A DNA stretch of 60,817 nt, counting the filler, from Sphacelaria rigidula (taxonomy: Eukaryota), in the NCBI GenBank assembly GCA_964200075.2. It is 9 parts of 9 records of this genome, joined end to end, with 100 filler letters (N's around TTAATTAATTAA, not from the genome) between each part and the next. Parts side by side here need not be neighbours in the genome. Positions count along the whole stretch, not along the records: positions 47,382 to 54,049 come from CAXNAA020018739.1; positions 54,150 to 60,817 come from CAXNAA020018740.1; 7 more parts are not named here. One strand, written 5' to 3'. Below, in pieces: positions 50,163-60,817 of the stretch (positions are counted from its first letter, which is position 1; each line of letters starts with the position of its first letter). A program made the translations under genes and the position numbers. The notes under the pieces were generated by a model. The model made no database searches and was not told the DNA's origin. It saw nothing but the letters and a program-made list of their open reading frames with translations.

Positions 50163-50980
50163 GAATGTTGTACAGGATGACAGCTGAAACTGAGACCAGT
50201 AAGACTGGGGAGTCCCTCAACAGCAGTGATCCAACAGTGCTCCCACTGGCTGGCGTCACAATATCGATATTAGTGCTAGTGCTGGTCGTAGCGCTAGAAA
50301 CCTGCTGGAAATGATTTCTGTGGGAGTCTGGTAGCTGTGGAAACTTGATACACCACGGACGCGTGGAGAGGGTTCCAGCTGAGGCAGCTGCAGGAAGGCG
50401 ATTGGCCTGTGATTGATCCAGACACGAGACTTGCTGAAGCTGCGTGCAGCGGGAGTCTGGAGGCCTCTACGACTGTGTGGTGCGGCGACAAAGCAAGGAA
50501 GTGTGCGATTCGCGAAAGTCCGCTGGCCTGCAAAAGGTTCGCAGATAGCCAGTGCAGCTTAATAGGAAGCATCATGCACCGGGTGCGTTGCCGGGGAAGT
50601 TGTAGGCCTGCCGTGGCCAGTTGAGACCAGATATCATTTATATAATTAATGTACCCATGTTTGCCCACTCTCACATAACACACACATGCTGAAACCACCA
50701 CCGAATCAGAACTGACACACAACACCACTGAATGAAGTGGGGTACTAATTCCTGGGGAAAACGCTCATACAAAATGACATGTCATAATCCCAGATTTTCG
50801 GCACGCAAAAAGGCGTGTGCCGCCCCAGCAGATATGCACTGTAACCACTACATAGGGTATACCTTAAATAACAGAATGATCTCTTATTCGTATTTCCCCT
50901 GCACGTCATGATCCAATCTCCATATCTATTTCCCTCGTATCCAGGCAGATCCTGGAGCGTAAGTATGATCGATTACAGCT

Positions 50981-53849
50981 ATGGCGACTGGCTTGTGTAC
51001 TACGATCAGCGTGACGCCCGTGGTTATACGGAAAGAGTTGCGACCTCCCCAATATGGAGATAGGTACTCAGATAGTGCATCTCGCACTTTTATTATGAAG
51101 TACTTTCAGTACAAGAAGCGTGTGAAGCACGCTAACGCAGGGAGTGCTGTGCGGCATTAGGTGGTGCCGATGGCTCAACAAGTGACGCCTTATGTGCAGA
51201 GGATGTTTGTTCGTTTGGAGCATAAAAAAAAATCACAATCACCCCGCCGCAATCGGTTGCGGCGATCAGAAAGCATGCTGGGCATGCGCCGGGCACTGGC
51301 CACTGTTGTGGCCAGGTCAGCCATTACGCGCGCGATTGCCCAACGTCTTCCGGTGGAACGTCTGGGCAGTCTTATGCCGCGCCCCATCAGCATCGTCAGC
51401 ATCGTCAGCACAAGGTCAAAAGACGAGGTAATCGTGGTGGCGCCGGCGGATGCTCCGGCGGTGGAGGGTCGCAGTCGAGTCCTCAGCAGCAGCAGCAGCA
51501 GCAGTAGGGGCAGCAGGGGCAGCGGCGTCAGCATGGGCCTGGTTATGGATTCGGCGCCGCCGTAGGTGCTGCTGCTTCGCAACGGGCGGTTCAGGTGGGA
51601 CCGACTTAAACAGTGTCGAATACTGCGCCGGCGCCGGTGGTGGTGCCGGTGGCGACACCGGCAGCAGCGCCAGGCGCGACGCCTGCTGACGCGCTGGTCG
51701 GAGGTTCGCCAAATTATTGGTCTGCTAGCTGGGAGTCATACCCCCGGCGGTGCCGTTTGAACCTGCCGCGGCTTCCTCGCCTGCGCAGCTTGCGCAGCCG
51801 TGGCATCAGGTGGGATTAGCGGCGCATCGGTCGGCCAATAAATTGCCAGTGGAGTTTGCGGACAGGTACGTTCCTGCGGGGCTGTGCCTTCCAAATCAAT
51901 GGGAGTGTGGGGCCATTGTGGTTCAGGCTAAGTGGGATTCTGGCGTCCACTGGACGGGTCATGTGAGTCTGTCGGTACAGCTTGTAGAGATGTTGGAGCG
52001 TCTTCTCCCGGGTGCGCCGCTGCACATTCAGTTTTCGCTCGGGGCGCGGCAGGCCGTCACCGCGTCGAGTCAGCATGTTTACGTCACAGAGCGTACTGTC
52101 CCGCTGCAACTGACTTTCACGACTTCCTGGGGGCCGGCGCAGTTGCCTCCGATCTCGTTTGCGATCATGCCGGGGTCGGATGGCGTTTTTCTTCTGGGGT
52201 TGCCGATGGTTCAGGATATTGGATTCATCGCTCGGCGGATGTGGAACTGCATGAAGACGCGGATGTCTCCGTCTGGTCCACGCTTGGAGACGCCGGCTTT
52301 TTGGGCAGTCGTCGCCTGAGCTTGTCGGTGGATGCTTTCCAGGAGGATGCGGGGCAGGTGACCGAAGAGCGGGATGCGGCGGTAGAACGCTCGGTGGAGC
52401 GCGGCCCGGAGATGATAATGATCCCGGCGGAAGAGGAGTCCGCTAGGAAGGTCGCGCTGGAGGACAGGGTGACAGATGCTGGGGCGACAGGCCTCAGCAT
52501 CTGAAAAGCGGGGCGCCTCAGCGGCATATTGCATTGCCGCGTCAACGCGTTTCGTCGTGCGTTGCGGGGTGATTCCCCTGAGCGCGTGGAGCCCATGCAT
52601 TCTCAGCTAGAACCTGGGACGTCCCCGGCGAAGACGAAGCCGCGGCGGTACGATCCAGTAAAGTCGAGTTGGTTGGCGTTGTGCATGGCGGCTCTTTTGG
52701 CGCTCGGGTTGGTGGTACGGAATTTGCAGGCGGGGTGGTCCAGTCCAGATATGACGTTTCCGAAGAAGGCTGCATCGTGGACGGAGGGCAGGCTGCAGGC
52801 GTGGGCGGCAGCGAAGGATCTGGTGGATCATGTCGTGGCGCTTTTTCATCCTCGTTCTGATTGTCAGGTGTCAATGTTGCCGTATGCATGTGAGTGCCAT
52901 TGGGCTAGTTTGGTCATGCAGGTGCCTACAGTTGAAATTCAAATGCCTGTGCGCGCTGTGGCTGTGTATGGCCAGTGTGAACCTGATGACTCGATGCCGT
53001 CCAAGCCTGTTGTCCGCCAAGCGCAACGAAAATACCTTGGGGCCGAAGAGGCGGATATGCAAGCTTTCGAGTCGGACGTTGGTACTGTTATCTTGGACAA
53101 TGAAGGTCTGTTTTGTGCGCATGTGCGTGACCGCAACGTTTCGTGGATTCCGAGTTCTGACAAGCAGTTGCAGGTACGTCTGATGATTTTTGCGCACATG
53201 CGCGACGCCGGGTATCGTGGTGTAGCTGCGACGCTTGTACGCTTGCAAAAGTTTTGTGCCTGGCAGGGGATAAAACCTCATGTGCACGAATTTGTCCGCC
53301 AGTGTCTTCACTGTGCTGACTCGAGGGCGGGTGATGTTTTTCCCCCCCCGCTCGGCGAAACGGTCCATGGGACCACACCGAATGAAGTCCTTCATTTTGA
53401 CTTCTTGTACGTGGGCGAGAGTGGCCCGCTAGCTTCCAACGGTTTGTCGGGGGATGCTGGGTTTCGATACATTTTGGTAATCATGGATGATTTGAGCAAC
53501 TTTGTGGCTCTGGAACCAGTTGCAGTGTGTACTGCTGAATCGACCGCTGCATCTTTGCTGAATTGGTGCAAAACTTTGGGGGTGCCGCGTGTGTGGGTGA
53601 GTGATACCGCCACGCATTTCAAGAAGGCGATCTTGGCCCGATTGCGAGAGGCTTGGCGCGTTGATCACCAGCTTGCGGTAGCGTATCCTCCGCGGTCTAA
53701 CGGTACGTGCGAATGCATGGTCAAGGAAGTAGTTTGCGCTCTTCGCTCTATTCTTCCCAAGCAGCGTAAAGCGGTTTCCGAGTGGATGGACGTGTTGCCG
53801 GCGGGGCAATGGGCGCTCAATACAGCGTATCGCCGTTGTTACGACACTA
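50981..53849 (+). mobile_element. Ty3/Gypsy LTR retrotransposon internal region, degenerate and internally deleted
   Basis: gag-like start at ATG 50981; knuckle remnant CCGQVSHYARDC; protease-like AKWDSG; RT N-terminus (PRRY..WSSP..PKK); integrase H..C..C, HFDFLY, SDTATHF, SNG..E; order PR-RT-RH-IN. Confidence 0.9.
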
Positions 53850-54049
53850 TGTCATGGATTTATTGGTCATTTTCCAGTCGACTAGGCTTCATGTGTCATA
53901 CTTTTGTAATGCTTTGTGTCACATTATCTACCCATGTTCTCACAGAGCTTTTAGGATTGATCCCAGCACGTACAGCAGCCTGTCGCCGATAATACAAGAA
54001 GCATTTACGCCATCCATGGATTGCGATATCAGAGGTGTCGCTGGTCTTC

Positions 54050-54149
54050 NNNNNNNNNNNNNNNNNNNNNNNNNNNNNNNNNNNNNNNNNNNNTTAATTA
54101 ATTAANNNNNNNNNNNNNNNNNNNNNNNNNNNNNNNNNNNNNNNNNNNN
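54050..54149. other. Artificial contig linker
   Basis: Same 100-nt linker. Confidence 0.98.
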
Positions 54150-54379
54150 TAACGCCCGCGCCCCCCCCCCCCAGAATGGAAAATCTGGTGTTGATGCGTC
54201 GAGGAGAGTCTCAACATGCTCCGCAATGAAAACGAGTCCAGTAGCTTCTCCAAAGTCTAAGTAGAAGCAAAAGCAGTGGAGGCAGTGACAGAGGCACGAA
54301 GAGGCGGAGGCAGAGGCGATGGAATATATGCCTCTGGCAACCAATCGTGACTTCTGCTGCGGGGCGGAAGGAGGCAAGG

Positions 54380-54920
54380 GAAGGACTGCACTGCATCCGG
54401 TCGGGTTGGCGGTCAAGGAGTCGATCGTCAACAAGGCGCCGTCCACTCAGGCGCACACCAGCGAGCATCTCATGTCAATGACTTTCAACCTCACAGGCAA
54501 GTCGAACGCTAACGCCAGGACAGGGTGCGAGCAGGAGAGGAGAACCGTTAAATAGTGGGACGATGCGGCCGGTGCTCCCGAGCCAATGTCAGTAAGGTCA
54601 CCTCTTTGCTACAAGTTGCGAGTGACAACAGGCTCGCCCTAGTCAACACGTTTTTTCCACGGCCACGGTAGGCACGTCGCGCACGTTCAACGGTATCGCG
54701 AACCGTCCCGCACTTAAAAAACGCATCGAATAAATATTCATCTTCACACGGAAATGTCACCGCAGACTTGTTCGATGCCACCGTCCACCTTTAACCACCC
54801 TAACTTGCCGGACTCCGACCACGACATCTTGTGCGCCTCAGTGTTACTCCTTGATCGCTTCGCACGCAACACACCTTGAGAAAACCCCATTGAGCGCAAA
54901 GCGATCGACGGGAGGGCAAT
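54380..54920 (-). mobile_element. Possible decayed KDZ (Kyakuja-Dileera-Zisupton)-like transposase Cys-cluster region
   Basis: Frameshifted pieces ..C....VDGG / SNKSAVT...EYLFDAFF.......VERARRAY / F...RLKVIDMRC..C...LLTID resemble CxC4-type segments as recalled; not verified by search. Confidence 0.25.
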
Positions 54921-55379
54921 AACATCCGACACCGAAGACGTTGTGAACTCACCCAGCTCATAATCAGCGAGCTCAAGCGGGGTAGAACTCGCGATACAGC
55001 CAGTGCACTGTCTGCCAAATTCGTCGACATACTCCTGAGCTCCGCTGAGAAGGTCATGTCTCGTCATAACCGAATGGCACGTAAGCCGGGGGGGGTTCAA
55101 AGATGTTGCCATCCGAACAAGGTTCGAACAGGCCGGGTACAAGAGGGCGAGGGCGAGGCCTGGTGCGAATGTAATCGAGAGATAACCCCGCAAACACCGT
55201 GCGAGCAGCAGGTACGAAACTGAAGGGGGTGATCCAAGCTGGGGTGGACGGGTACCTGGATGAGTATGCGAAGGGACTGGAAGAGCATATTAGAGTGCAG
55301 GACATGAGTGGGTGGTGGTACATACATCTTAAAGGAGGGTGGAGCAGCGGGAGGAAGAGTAGAGAGCGAGCAGTTTAGT

Positions 55380-56715
55380 CGGACCCTCCTGCGGGACAAA
55401 AGTCCAACTCATGAGAGATGCGAACGATACTTACCCACCTTTCTGCATGTGGTATCGGTAACGTTCGACCGAGCCATCACCGAAAACATTGCGTAGCGAC
55501 TGAGCGTTGGCACTTTGAGAACCGCCAAGCCCAATTAAAATTGACGGTGTCTGAGAGCTATGGCTAATGGGAAAGCGACGGGCCCCGACGCTTCACCTGT
55601 TGAACTCCTCAAGCTTGGATTGGTCGGGGAGCCTCGAGATATTCTGGACATCTAGCGAGGTGCGGCAGGATTGGAAAGATGCCACCATCGAAGTGCTATA
55701 CGAGAAGGATAGGACCGAGTGTGGTAACTGCAGGGGCATCTTCTTCGCAGCACATGCTCATGAAGGTTTCCTGAAAATCATCGCCCACAGGCTCGGCAGT
55801 TTCTGCGAGGGCAGGAGTCTTCCTGGCAAAACAGTGGGGAGTCCGGCGCCAACGATCGAGCACCGACATGATGTTCGTGGTACGCCGGACACAGAAGTTG
55901 CGAGTAATATCCCCTGAACATGTGCTTCGTTGATCTGCAAAAGGCCCACGACTCCATAGACCGCACTCTCTTGCGGGAGGTGCCTGCCCAATTCGGAGTC
56001 CCGCCGCGGATAATGAAGGCCATTCGTATATTTCGCGATGGCATGCGAGTTCGGGTACAACTGGATAATGGCGAGCTATCAGCATGGTCCCACGTCTGCC
56101 AGGGACTGAGGTAAGAATGCGTTTCGTTCTTGCTTTTGTTCAACGTTTTCCGCGCAGCCTCGGTACATGTAATCTTACAGCGGTTCGCGGCAGGCCTGGC
56201 CTTCGTCTCAGACTTTGTATGTCTAGATCATGCGCCACAACGGTGACTATGGCGAAGCCCTGGAAGGCATGCCGCTGGAGAAGGTGCGGTGCAAGGTGTG
56301 GGGTAGGCTTTACGCAGATGACGCGGGCACAGTCTCGAGATTCACCGACGGACTTGTTGGAATGATGGCTGTATTAAGGGTAGCGTGTCGCACGTTCAGA
56401 TTAACGGTATCGAAGAGCAAGACAGAGTTCATGTGCCGACGGTCAGTACCCAGCTCCGTAGAGACTGCATCGCACATCAAGCAGGCCAACGGTGTAAGCG
56501 GACGGCCGAGTTTGTACACCTTGGTGATGCTGTCAGCGCGGATGTGAAACAACTCCATCAAAATCAACCGCGCATCAGGGCTGCGTGGGCATGCATCCAG
56601 TATATTGCCCAACTCTACGATCAGCCCAACGCCTAGCTACCTCTGAAAATCCGGCTGCTTAAAGCGGAGGTGGTGGAAGCTATGCTGTACGGATGTGCAC
56701 GGACGCTGCGACCCG
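55380..56715 (+). mobile_element. Degenerate RTE-clade LINE reverse transcriptase
   Basis: MANGKA.GPD, WKDATI..LYEK.DRTECGN.RGI, CFVDLQKA.DSIDR, QGLR..C, LYADD, F.HLG, AMLYGC; many frameshifts. Confidence 0.9.
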
Positions 56716-56719
56716 CGGA

Positions 56720-57900
56720 CATCAATTGTTCGGTCCCCCGGCGAATTCAATCAGTCGGGCAATACTGGTCGTGGGCTTGGGAAACGAGTAGAACTTCCTC
56801 ACTTGCGATATGCTCAAAAATTTCAGGCTTCTCGTCGGCACTCCTGTCGACTCAAACCAGTCCGTCACATCACACAATCCGTGATATTGTGCTCATGCTC
56901 AATAATCCTCCATCACAGCTCGCCGAAACAGTGGCAGATCAAGAGCAACATTTGGCAAATTTGACGCAAGAAAAACGTCGGACATGTTCTGACCGAGGCC
57001 GCTCCGAGAAAAAAGCATCTAGCTCAGGGGACACGCGATTTCCGCCGGCAAGCTCTTGTGATGAATGGAAACGAGCGAAATCCGACAGTAACAGTGCTAA
57101 TGAAGAGAAGAGCTCAAAACCGACTGATGGAAAGGAGGGAAGAGTAGATGAGCCTTGCACGTACAAGTACTATAGGTTCAAGCACAAGCACTCCATGGAT
57201 AATTACCAATTGGAAAAGGGACACAAGGACGAATTGACATCTCTAGGTTTTAATGTACTCAATTCCTCACCCGGTCGGGGTAATGTGCATCTAGCAAAAA
57301 GAGCAACTATTGTAGCACCGTTATCGGTAGCATCAGAGCAGGTAGCACGCGTGATGCCGAGCACAGAAAAATCAAGGGAACCTTTCGAGCATCGAAAAAT
57401 GGGTGCCGACCCTCTGGTTGGTATGGTCGAGAAACGAGTGCTGTTTGCTGTTGGTACTGTAGTCCCTTCAGTGAGATTCAAGCAAGAAATCGCTTCTGTA
57501 CTGCGTTCTCCAGGCTTCTCTATGGAGTTCATCATTCAAGTCGACGCCGGACACTTTGTCACGACTGTTCGAATTCGAGAACACGAAGTCGTACGCCTGC
57601 TCGCACCATTCTCGTAACGTACCAGAGGATCCCGCGTTGCACACAGCAAAACCACACCAGCCGTTCACAAATTTCGGCGGAGAAGCTGCACAATCCAAAA
57701 ACAGTGCAAAGCGACAGGGAGCTGTGTACCGTAAAGTCAGTCAAGTCTGTGGACAAGCAAGAGATACAAACTGAGCAGTCCATACATCCAGTATTTAAAC
57801 GGTGACAATGCACCAATACCGGAAACAGACTCGTTGAGTTCCATGTCCTACCATTCAGTCCAAAACGGTATCTTGTGCAAGTCGTACCTGCTAGGACACC
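56720..57900 (+). mobile_element. Degenerate LTR-retrotransposon gag/integrase-like fragment abutting the LINE
   Basis: Coiled/charged region, then decayed knuckle PCTYKYYRFKHKHSMDNY; downstream IQYLNGDNA and VQNGI resemble Copia integrase RSDN / QQNG. Confidence 0.35.
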
Positions 57901-59163
57901 TCCGAAAAATAGGCACCTATCGTGATCAATAAGTGCTACCAGACGCTCGCAGCAGGGTTCGTAATAGACTCGTATCACCATCATGCGTAGTCCGGCAATC
58001 ACCTCGCATTAAACGTTTTTGTAACTTGCGAAATACAGTACAAACTCCCATATGCGAGCTTTCGTCACCGGGGAAACGTCACTTCAAGCTCGGTGTACGA
58101 ATCTGTCACACAAGTATACTGGAACTTAGACTGGTGCACCGTTTTGGCGGGCTGCATAATCAACACTTGCCGAAAAACAGCCATATCTTACCCAAGAAAA
58201 CGTCAATCTTGAATCGTCACTTTTCCATCGACGGTTCCCGGGGGAAAAGTTGCTTCTGCCGCAGGTTGACCGTCCAGATGTAGCACAACCGAGTATCGAA
58301 CGTTGACAAAGTGGCGGGCCATAGACGTAGTGCGGGCAGAAGGAGCCATCTCAACTACAAGTACCGTCTTCGACCCAAACGTTACTACCCATCGGCAAAC
58401 TTGGAGTACAGAGCGGAATAGGTCCCACATTGTCAACATCTTCAAGATGTATGGAATCAATCACAAGTTGGACAACGCGCCCTCACCAGACCCACCGTCT
58501 CAAAACACGAGACAAAGGAAACAGGCTGGTGTATAACGACTTGCAAATGCAGGGATGAAAATCCACAAATTGCACTCACGATAAACTAACACCACGACGA
58601 ACAATAAGTGACGAGACAGCCCTCGCGACGTTACCGGTGAAGAGAGGCTTGATCCAAATGACTTGGTCGTTAACAGCAAATAGAGGTTAAGCTGACGAGG
58701 ATACCGTGAACGCTATTTCGACTCGGAGTAAAATACTCTGAGGATAGAAGTAGCACATACCACCGTTTTGTCTCTGATATCATTCCTTCCCCCGTTCACC
58801 ACGTGACACGGAAGTCACCACATGTTACAGTATCACTGTAAGTCACTGAACCGAGTGTGCACTGATGTTCCATTTTATATGGTAATCACCACGGTTTATG
58901 GATCCGATGCGAAGTCAATGGACGGAACCTGACATAAATAGAGGAAAAACAATGTTTTCCGCCATATACCTGCATGAACCTGAACAGGAACGTTGATAAA
59001 ATGTACTGGTTAGCGTGTTCTCAACACCAAGTACAGAGAATATGAGATATTCAGATACAGGACATAGAGGTATCACAAAACACAATGTGGAATCCATGTA
59101 GGTATCATCATTTCGTCGACCGCTTGCCCCAGGCCTTCAAAGAGGGACTTGAGACGCATCAAA

Positions 59164-59375
59164 GGGGGGAGGGGGGGCGGGGGGGGGGGGGGGACTCATG
59201 ATCATGCATGCCATGGTCATAAGACCAGTGATCTCGCATCCCTACAAAGCCGGGACCGAGCACGCCGGGTTTCCGCCGGACCAGACTCGCACTCAATCAC
59301 CAAGCGCGAAGCGCCGGGGTGTGTTCGGCGAGTCGCATGAAGGGTTAGCTGCATTCTGCTAAGACTGTTGGGCCC
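59164..59375 (-). mobile_element. LINE family B 3' end (longer copy) with a long C-tract
   Basis: - strand GTGCTCGGTCCCGGCTTTGTAGGGATGCGAGATCACTGGTCTTATGACCATGGCATGCATGATCATGAGT(C)n; 5' limit approximate. Confidence 0.65.
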
Positions 59376-59496
59376 AACGCCTATTGATTATCTTGCATTT
59401 GGATGGCAACCAACAATGAGTTGATTTATTTTCTGGTATCGCCACTTCCCGAGACAGCCACGGGTTCCACACCGCCTCATGGGTGTCTCACTGTGG

Positions 59497-59570
59497 AGGG
59501 GGGGCGTACTCACTTGTTGCTTGCCTTAGTCGTTCGGCCATTGACCACGCATCCCTTTCGAGACGGAGCA
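59497..59570 (-). mobile_element. Ultra-short LINE family A 3' end
   Basis: Near-identical to 13539-13611 with the same 5' breakpoint (TGCTCCGTCTCG). Confidence 0.8.
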
Positions 59571-60039
59571 GGGGGCGTGATTTGGAAGGCATCCTTTCTG
59601 CATACGCGGCGTGATTACTTCTGCACGCATGTAACCCGGATATGCGTACGTCACAGAACCAGGCCCAACAGTGACACGTGTGTGAGGCCCTGAAGTCCTC
59701 ACATCTGTGCAGAAGAATCTCCGGTGCCCGAGGTAGCAGATCTCGGCGGTATGAAGAGCTCAACATGATGAAGCCACCGCCAAACCCTGGGGAATCACTC
59801 CTACTCTCCACCCAATGCAAAGCTTGGTTCCACTGCCTTCCCAACCTGCTCACAGCTAATCCTGGCTCTACATGACGATAGAGGAAAAAAAACTATCGCG
59901 TTAGACATCCTTCAGCGATTGGGTTCCGTCAGCGACATTTTCTGGGAAGATCCACGTGTCTCCCTCTTCAGGCGCCGTACGGCGAAGTAACATCCATATG
60001 CGTACATGATGACCGTTTGGAATTTTCTCTCCCTCTCAC

Positions 60040-60199
60040 CACGTTCGAAGTTTTGTCCTTCAACTCCTTCTCTTCGGCCACGCTACCCCGGTCATGCGTG
60101 CAGTTAACCTCCGCTCGATAGTCGTCCAGAGTCTTCGCCTTTCCAGCCACGAACTCCGATAGGTACATGGTGAACTCCAAGAGGTACTGTGCTTGAGGC
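60040..60199 (-). CDS. Candidate internal exon of an unknown gene
   Basis: attcag| PQAQYLLEFTMYLSEFVAGKAKTLDDYRAEVNCTHDRGSVAEEKELKDKTSNV |gtgaga. Confidence 0.35.
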
Positions 60200-60817
60200 C
60201 TGAATATTGTTCACGATAGTGCGTATAAAGTGCGGACGCGAAAAAAATAAAACAAAAAAACGCCAAATATGCCGAGAACAACAAAAACTCAGCCCGTTAA
60301 GACGCAATAGCAATAAAGTTATTATTGATATGTAGACTCTAGCCGCCATTGTTACCTAATGTTAGGGACATTGGGTAGGAGTTGCGGGTCTGATTGGCGG
60401 ACTCTGTGATGGGTGACGTCCATGACGTGAGGCTTGGTTTTGCTTCTCTGATGGAGAGAGGCTATGGCCCTGTTCTCCTGTACTATGCTGAGGGTTAATA
60501 CATGAATAAATAAAGCTGCTGAAGTCCACGTGCCCGTGATGGGAGGAGTCCACATGGCGATCTAATCTCGAGTGACAGAAGTCTGAAATAAACGTTTATT
60601 AAGTCCGCTGAATGGCGGTAGGTCCGCTGACAAGCAGCTGAAAGATCAAGATAGGAAAGTCTGCAGGCCTGATCAGTTTTCAGCAAACAAGACGTAACGT
60701 CGCGAGGAGTTGGAGAAGTAGAGCCGAGGAGGTTCTGAGGCAGTGCTTGGGCGGGCTGTGGTATCGCTCGTGCGTGAGGTGGGGGGGGTTGATCGACAGC
60801 TGGCGAGCCCGTGAGCG

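Noticed and set aside
53850..54049. Nested LTR starting TGTCATGGA that truncates the Gypsy integrase
   Set aside because: Plausible, but only one end is visible before the contig break, so it cannot be supported
6670..54149. Regularly spaced TTAATTAATTAA as a biological repeat or array
   Set aside because: Embedded in fixed N-runs; an assembly linker
56670..57617. 315-aa ORF as a host gene
   Set aside because: Chimeric: the first residues are the LINE RT tail (EAMLYGC) and the rest is a decayed gag-like region

Overview
This is eukaryotic, intron-rich and repeat-dense DNA, most likely from a brown alga (Phaeophyceae). That assignment is inferred from the sigma-like GST, the long TE-filled GT-AG introns and the TE repertoire. 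It is not one locus. Eight identical 100-nt linkers (N44-TTAATTAATTAA-N44) join nine unrelated contigs of 6669 or 6668 bp, apparently sorted by length, so nothing can be inferred across linkers. Host genes found by reading splice sites: an ABCC/MRP transporter first exon, two alpha-SNAP (Sec17) exons, five exons of a sigma-like glutathione S-transferase, and several orphan exon candidates. Mobile DNA dominates. It includes a near-complete degenerate Ty1/Copia element and a second, rearranged copy of it, an internally deleted Ty3/Gypsy element, an RTE-type LINE, DIRS/Ngaro-like and possible KDZ relics, three tRNA-headed SINE families, and hAT-type, Tc1/mariner-type and 4-bp-TSD MITEs. The best candidates for something undescribed are three. 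(1) An extra 257-codon open frame between the Copia pol and the 3' LTR, preceded by a branch-point/acceptor-like signal and containing a second PPT-like motif. (2) A family of non-LTR retroposon 3' ends that keeps two hairpins, inserts at C-tracts and leaves ultra-short copies. (3) A Copia LTR flanked by both a PPT and a PBS. No CRISPR array, rRNA or intact tRNA gene was seen.
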